NCBI RefSeq assembly: GCF_000011125.1
Contig: NC_000854.2
Coordinates: 1,320,001 to 1,352,000 of the forward strand
Length of the DNA: 32,000 nucleotides
Direction: 5' to 3'
Source: Aeropyrum pernix K1
GTDB lineage: Archaea > Thermoproteota > Thermoprotei_A > Sulfolobales > Acidilobaceae
Every line of letters begins with the position of its first letter. Within the stretch, counting starts at the first letter, position 1. Both the position numbers and the translations under genes were made by a program. Shown piece after piece: positions 27,941 to 32,000 of the stretch. The notes beneath the pieces were generated by a model, which saw only the letters and a program-made list of their open reading frames with translations, searched no databases and was not told where the DNA came from.

Positions 27941-30136
27941 GTGGGTTCGGATAGGGCTTCCGAGGTTATACGCAGGGTTATCGGAGAGAGAGATCTTCTG
28001 GGGCCTGCGGCAAAGATTGTGCTGGCGGTCGCAGCGTTCATGGCGTTTCTAGAAGTTTTCTATGTTATGCAGTTCGGGCTAGTGCTCTACAGGTTTCTGG
28101 AGAGCATGGGTCTGGACCTGCCGAGCTTCTACAAGTACCCTGACATATTCTTCCAGCTATACCCTGCAAAGGCTATAGTGCTCAGCCTAGTAATAGCGGG
28201 AGCCTTCATAATCTATCCCATCAGCAGGGCGAGAGGCCCCTACGACAGGGTGCCCCTCTACGACTATGTTCTAGCCGTTATAGCAGGCCTGTCCCCCTTC
28301 TACGTGGTCTACCTTTACGCTAAATACAAGACAGTAGAGTTCACTATAGAAACGCTCTCGTGGCTAGACCTAGCGTTTGTCCTGGCAATACTAGTGGCCC
28401 TCGCAGAAGCCACCAGACGTAGCCTGGGGATACTGCTTCCAGCTATAATGGCTGTTTTCGTGGCCTACGGCTTCATATACGCCTACACACACCCTCCTTT
28501 CGGCGTTGAGGGGCTACAGGTCTTCAGGAGGCTAGTAACGGCTTTCATAAGCCAGAACCAGGGCTTCCTGGGAGTGCCTCTCACCGTAATGGTCTACTAC
28601 GTGTTCATATTCCTATTCTTCAGCTCATTCCTGGACAAGCTCGGGGTCGGGAAGTATATCACAGACCTTATGACAGCCCTTTTCGGCAGAAAGCCCGGGG
28701 GGCCCGCTAAGGTCGCCGTAGTCTCTAGTGCTATGATGGGTACGATATCGGGCAGTAGCGTGGCCAACACGCTAACAACGGGGACATTCACCATACCAGC
28801 CATGAAGAGGGCAGGTTTCCCGCCGGAAGTCGCCGGGGCTATAGAGCCTGTGGCCTCGACGGGCGGCCAGCTAATGCCCCCTATAATGGGTGCTGCAGCT
28901 TTCATAATGGCCGAGTTCGTCGGCATCCCGTACGGCATGGTCGTAATAGCAGCTCTCCTCCCAGCCATACTCTACTTCTACAGCATCTACGTTTTCGTCG
29001 ATAAAGAGTCTAAGAAAAGGCGCCTGAAAGGGCTGCCCGATAGCGAGCTACCGCCTCTCAGGCCTCTCCTCGTCAGGCTCTACTACCTGCTTCCCATACC
29101 GCTTATCCTAATAGGCCTCCTGAGGCTGGCCCCCCACCATGCCGTGATGGCCGGTATACTGGCTACCGTGGCTGTGTACGTGATAGACACGATCCTCTAC
29201 GGTAGCAGGAGCGCCAGACTCTCCAACATCTTTATACTCACCCTGCTGATACTCTTAACTCTCGTACCTCTCGTCTCAACCCCTATGGGTCTAGCGCAGT
29301 CCCTGTTTTTCGCAGGCGGCGCATCTATAGTGGTCGCCCTCGTTGCTGGCTTGTTAAGCGGAAATCTCAGAGACTTAGCCGCAGCCACTGTAAAAGCGGT
29401 AGAGTCTAGCTTCAGGAATAGCATACCAGTCTTCCTAGCCGCGGCCACCGCCAGCGTTATACAGTCTATGATAACCTTTACGAACCTCCACAAGACTCTC
29501 GGCGACATGCTCCTGACCCTCAGCATGGGGATATTAATACTGCTCTTGATAGCAACCGCCGTGTTCAGCATAATACTGGGCATGGGGGTGCCTACTACGG
29601 CCAACTACATCATCACCGCAACTATACTTGCAGGCACGCTAGCGGGATACTTAAAGGAGAACCTAGGCTACGCCGAGCTAGAGGCCACGCTGGCGTCGCA
29701 CATGTTCGTCCTCTACTACGGGATACTAGCCGACATAACGCCCCCTGTGGCCCTAGCAGCGTTCGTAGGGGCTGTGCTAGCTGGTGCAGACTTTTGGAGG
29801 ACAGCAATAAACGCTACCATCTACGGCTTCGCGAAGTATATACTGCCTTTCGTGTTCGTCTACTCACCGGCTATACTCATAGTGACAGTGGATACCTGGG
29901 GTTTCGAGGAGATTCTAAGGCTTGGATACACTATAGCGGTAGTCCTTATTATAATTCATGTTGCTTCAAGCGGGTTCCTAGGATGGGTTTTTGACAAGCC
30001 CCTCGAGAACAGGCTGCTCAGAGCAGCTATGGTGCTTTTCTCCGCACTGTCTGTTACCCTGAACCCCCTGGTAGTGGCTCTAGCTTTAGCTAGCTACGCC
30101 ACAGCGCTAATTTATACTAGAAGATCTGTTGCGTGA
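27941..30136 (+). CDS. TRAP transporter fused permease (4TM/12TM DctQM-like fusion, TAXI type)
   Basis: The 731-aa protein is highly hydrophobic with about 18 or more TM segments. Its size and architecture fit fused TRAP-T permeases, and it lies directly upstream of a TAXI binding protein. Confidence 0.85.
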   Translation: MGSDRASEVIRRVIGERDLLGPAAKIVLAVAAFMAFLEVFYVMQFGLVLYRFLESMGLDLPSFYKYPDIFFQLYPAKAIVLSLVIAGAFIIYPISRARGPYDRVPLYDYVLAVIAGLSPFYVVYLYAKYKTVEFTIETLSWLDLAFVLAILVALAEATRRSLGILLPAIMAVFVAYGFIYAYTHPPFGVEGLQVFRRLVTAFISQNQGFLGVPLTVMVYYVFIFLFFSSFLDKLGVGKYITDLMTALFGRKPGGPAKVAVVSSAMMGTISGSSVANTLTTGTFTIPAMKRAGFPPEVAGAIEPVASTGGQLMPPIMGAAAFIMAEFVGIPYGMVVIAALLPAILYFYSIYVFVDKESKKRRLKGLPDSELPPLRPLLVRLYYLLPIPLILIGLLRLAPHHAVMAGILATVAVYVIDTILYGSRSARLSNIFILTLLILLTLVPLVSTPMGLAQSLFFAGGASIVVALVAGLLSGNLRDLAAATVKAVESSFRNSIPVFLAAATASVIQSMITFTNLHKTLGDMLLTLSMGILILLLIATAVFSIILGMGVPTTANYIITATILAGTLAGYLKENLGYAELEATLASHMFVLYYGILADITPPVALAAFVGAVLAGADFWRTAINATIYGFAKYILPFVFVYSPAILIVTVDTWGFEEILRLGYTIAVVLIIIHVASSGFLGWVFDKPLENRLLRAAMVLFSALSVTLNPLVVALALASYATALIYTRRSVA

Positions 30137-30154
30137 GCAGGGTAATGCCCCAAG

Positions 30155-30179
30155 GTTGAAATTTTATGACGTTTTCAAC
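30155..30179 (+). terminator. Hairpin GTTGAAA-N11-TTTCAAC after the permease stop (terminator/attenuator candidate)
   Basis: A 7-bp perfect stem (30155-30161 / 30173-30179) has T-rich loop and flanks. It begins 19 nt after the stop codon, at the start of a 154-bp AT-rich spacer. Confidence 0.3.
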
Positions 30180-30296
30180 GCTAAACTATCGGCAACTCAC
30201 ATATATACTATATCATTATTCTGTATTAAATATGCCCCTCTAATCTAACCTATAATGATCCTTAACACAATGTGAAAAGGGTGGTCATGCTTGGCC

Positions 30297-31271
30297 ATGA
30301 ATCAGAGGCTAATGATTGCGGGAGCCGCCGTAGTCATAGTTATAATTTTGATAGCTGGCTATCTATTGCTCCAGGGAGGAGAGGAAGTCAGGCTGGTAAT
30401 GGGTACAGGATCGCCCGGCGGGATTTACAACCCGCTGGGGTTTAAGATAGCAGAGGTTGTCTCGAAGTATAGCGATAAAGTGGAGATAGAAGCCCAGGAG
30501 AGCGGAGCCAGCGTCGCTAACGCCAAGGGTATAAAAGCCGGGGACTACCAGCTGGCTATGATGCAGAGCGACGTAGCATTCTTCGCGTACAACGGAAAGC
30601 TCCTGAAAGACTTCGAGGGCAACCCCGTTGAGGACCTGAGAGCCCTAGCAGCACTCTACCCAGAGCCTATACAGATAGTAGCTAGAGCCGGGGCGGGAAT
30701 AGAGACGATATGGGACCTTGAGGGCAAGAGGGTTGCCGTCGGTAACCCTGGCAGCGGTCTATATGCAACCGCGTACACTATACTAAGTGCTCTAGGCCTA
30801 TGGGATAAGATAGACAAGGTGGAGTTCGGCTTCGCAGAGGCTAGCAGCGCTATGAAGCAGGGCACAGTGGACGTCCTCTTCATAGTGGCTGGAGTGCCCA
30901 CACCTAAGATCGAGGAGATAGCAACCCAGGTTGACGTTGTGCTCGTTAAGGTTCCAGACGACGCTATACAGAAGCTGAAGGACGCAGGCTTAGGTAATCT
31001 ATACCTGAAATACACTATACCCGCGGGCAGCTATGACTTCCAGAAGGAGGATGTGACAACGCTTACCGTCACCGCGCTACTAGTGATAGATAAGGATGTG
31101 CCAGAGGACATTGCTTACGAGATAGTTAAGACTATGTTCGAGCATCTAGACGAGATAAAGACGGTGCACGCAAGAGCTCAAGACATAAGCCTCGATAAAG
31201 CGCCTATAGTGCCTATACCACTGCACCCAGGCGCTGAAAAGTACTATAAGGAGCAGGGGGTACTATCCTAA
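30297..31271 (+). CDS. TAXI-family TRAP transporter solute-binding protein
   Basis: An N-terminal TM anchor (LMIAGAAVVIVIILIAGYLLL) is followed by the TAXI signature region MGTGSPGGIYNPLGFKIAEVV and then IPLHPGAEKYYKEQG at the C-terminus. ATG 30297 is preferred over TTG 30291. Confidence 0.85.
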   Translation: MNQRLMIAGAAVVIVIILIAGYLLLQGGEEVRLVMGTGSPGGIYNPLGFKIAEVVSKYSDKVEIEAQESGASVANAKGIKAGDYQLAMMQSDVAFFAYNGKLLKDFEGNPVEDLRALAALYPEPIQIVARAGAGIETIWDLEGKRVAVGNPGSGLYATAYTILSALGLWDKIDKVEFGFAEASSAMKQGTVDVLFIVAGVPTPKIEEIATQVDVVLVKVPDDAIQKLKDAGLGNLYLKYTIPAGSYDFQKEDVTTLTVTALLVIDKDVPEDIAYEIVKTMFEHLDEIKTVHARAQDISLDKAPIVPIPLHPGAEKYYKEQGVLS

Positions 31272-31307
31272 AGTTAAAAACCGAGATATAGTAAGGAAGC
31301 CTCAGAG

Positions 31308-31676
31308 TCACAAGCTCTTTTCTACAATAACATCCTTTACTCTCGATTTATCTATCAGCTTAAAGACGGGGCAGTTTTCAACCCCCTTCAAAACTGCTTC
31401 CTCGGATGCAGGTGCACGGATCCTAACGACTATATGTTCTATCTCCTCCTTGCCTTCAAGCAGCTTGTCTACGTTAACGTAAGCCTCGATAGAAACGCTC
31501 ACCTTATCGACGCCAGCATTCTCGGCAACCTTCTTACCTATACATGCTGAAAGCATTGACAGCATGAAAGAGGGGTTAAGAGTAGCCAGCTCGAACTCCC
31601 TACCTCCTTCAACAACTGCTTTCCCCTTCTCGGCGTCGACAAGCGACTTAGCTTCGAAGAACTTTATGACTGGCAT
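31308..31676 (-). CDS. OsmC/Ohr-family protein
   Basis: It is 122 aa. The two conserved Cys contexts are LSMLSACIGKKV and VENCPVFKLI, as in OsmC-like peroxiredoxins. Confidence 0.75.
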   Translation of the reverse strand: MPVIKFFEAKSLVDAEKGKAVVEGGREFELATLNPSFMLSMLSACIGKKVAENAGVDKVSVSIEAYVNVDKLLEGKEEIEHIVVRIRAPASEEAVLKGVENCPVFKLIDKSRVKDVIVEKSL

Positions 31677-31745
31677 CTAAGCACTCCCCCGGTAACGTGG
31701 ATATTAGGATGGGGGGTTTCAAGTCTCCCTCTTAAGGGCTAACAG

Positions 31746-32000
31746 CTAGCTCTTGCTTGGTATGAACTTGCCTAGAATGCCGGCGAATGCAGGAAGGTTT
31801 CTAGTCTGGACCCATAGATCGGCAGGACCCTCGACATCGACTACAACTCCCTCTCCGCCTAGGAAGAAGGTTTTCCAGCCTCCAAACTTTCTTATGTTCC
31901 ACTTTCCACCCTTTATTGCCACGAAGTGCCCGTTGTCAATGGTAATCTTCTCGCCAGGACCTACCCTTATATGCTCCAACGCGCCGAAACTGTTTATAAA
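31746..32000 (-). CDS. AIM24/DUF124-family protein, C-terminal part (5' end lies beyond the window)
   Basis: The C-terminal region FLGGEGVVVDVEGPADLWVQTRNLPAFAGILGKF matches the AIM24/TIGR00266 C-terminus. The reading frame stays open to position 32000. Confidence 0.65.
   Translation of the reverse strand, partial: FINSFGALEHIRVGPGEKITIDNGHFVAIKGGKWNIRKFGGWKTFFLGGEGVVVDVEGPADLWVQTRNLPAFAGILGKFIPSKS

Noticed and set aside
27823-28041. ORF of 72 aa on the minus strand across the TRAP permease start
   Set aside because: It overlaps the permease N-terminus antisense and spans the promoter region. No motif is recognised, and the composition is typical of a spurious frame.

Overview
The window looks like a compact, high-GC chromosomal segment from a hyperthermophilic crenarchaeon. 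My recollection is that the gene set is Aeropyrum-like: a ROK glucokinase, a two-subunit 2-oxoacid:ferredoxin oxidoreductase, frequent GTG/TTG starts and TTTAAA-type TATA boxes. That assignment is an inference, not a search result. About 30 genes are supportable. In map order they are: a partial P-loop kinase, ROK glucokinase, a HerA/VirB4-like ATPase with a hydrophobic N-terminus, a minus-strand run of Fap7/AK6, DnaG, family-B DNA polymerase, a small orphan and endonuclease IV, a uridine-phosphorylase/PfkB-kinase pair, thiolase, a B12-binding radical SAM protein, a YhhQ/VUT transporter next to CTP-type riboflavin kinase, an amidohydrolase, a large orphan with a CARF-like Rossmann N-domain and a PIN C-domain, glycine dehydrogenase gcvPA/gcvPB, Bcp peroxiredoxin, OFOR alpha/beta, DUF1850, a class-III aminotransferase, a TAXI-TRAP permease with its binding protein, OsmC, and a partial AIM24. 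I saw no rRNA, canonical tRNA, CRISPR array, transposase or integrase. Most of the window is ordinary housekeeping. The parts worth a second look are: (i) the orphan CARF-like/PIN protein; (ii) the two unusually long non-coding gaps flanking it (322 bp and about 705 bp), which contain long-range helices with G:U pairs that favour the + strand and so look like unannotated structured RNAs; (iii) the transporter/riboflavin-kinase pairing; (iv) the lower-GC TAXI-TRAP/aminotransferase block; and (v) several inverted repeats in promoter regions. All family assignments come from reading motifs by eye. No database search was run.
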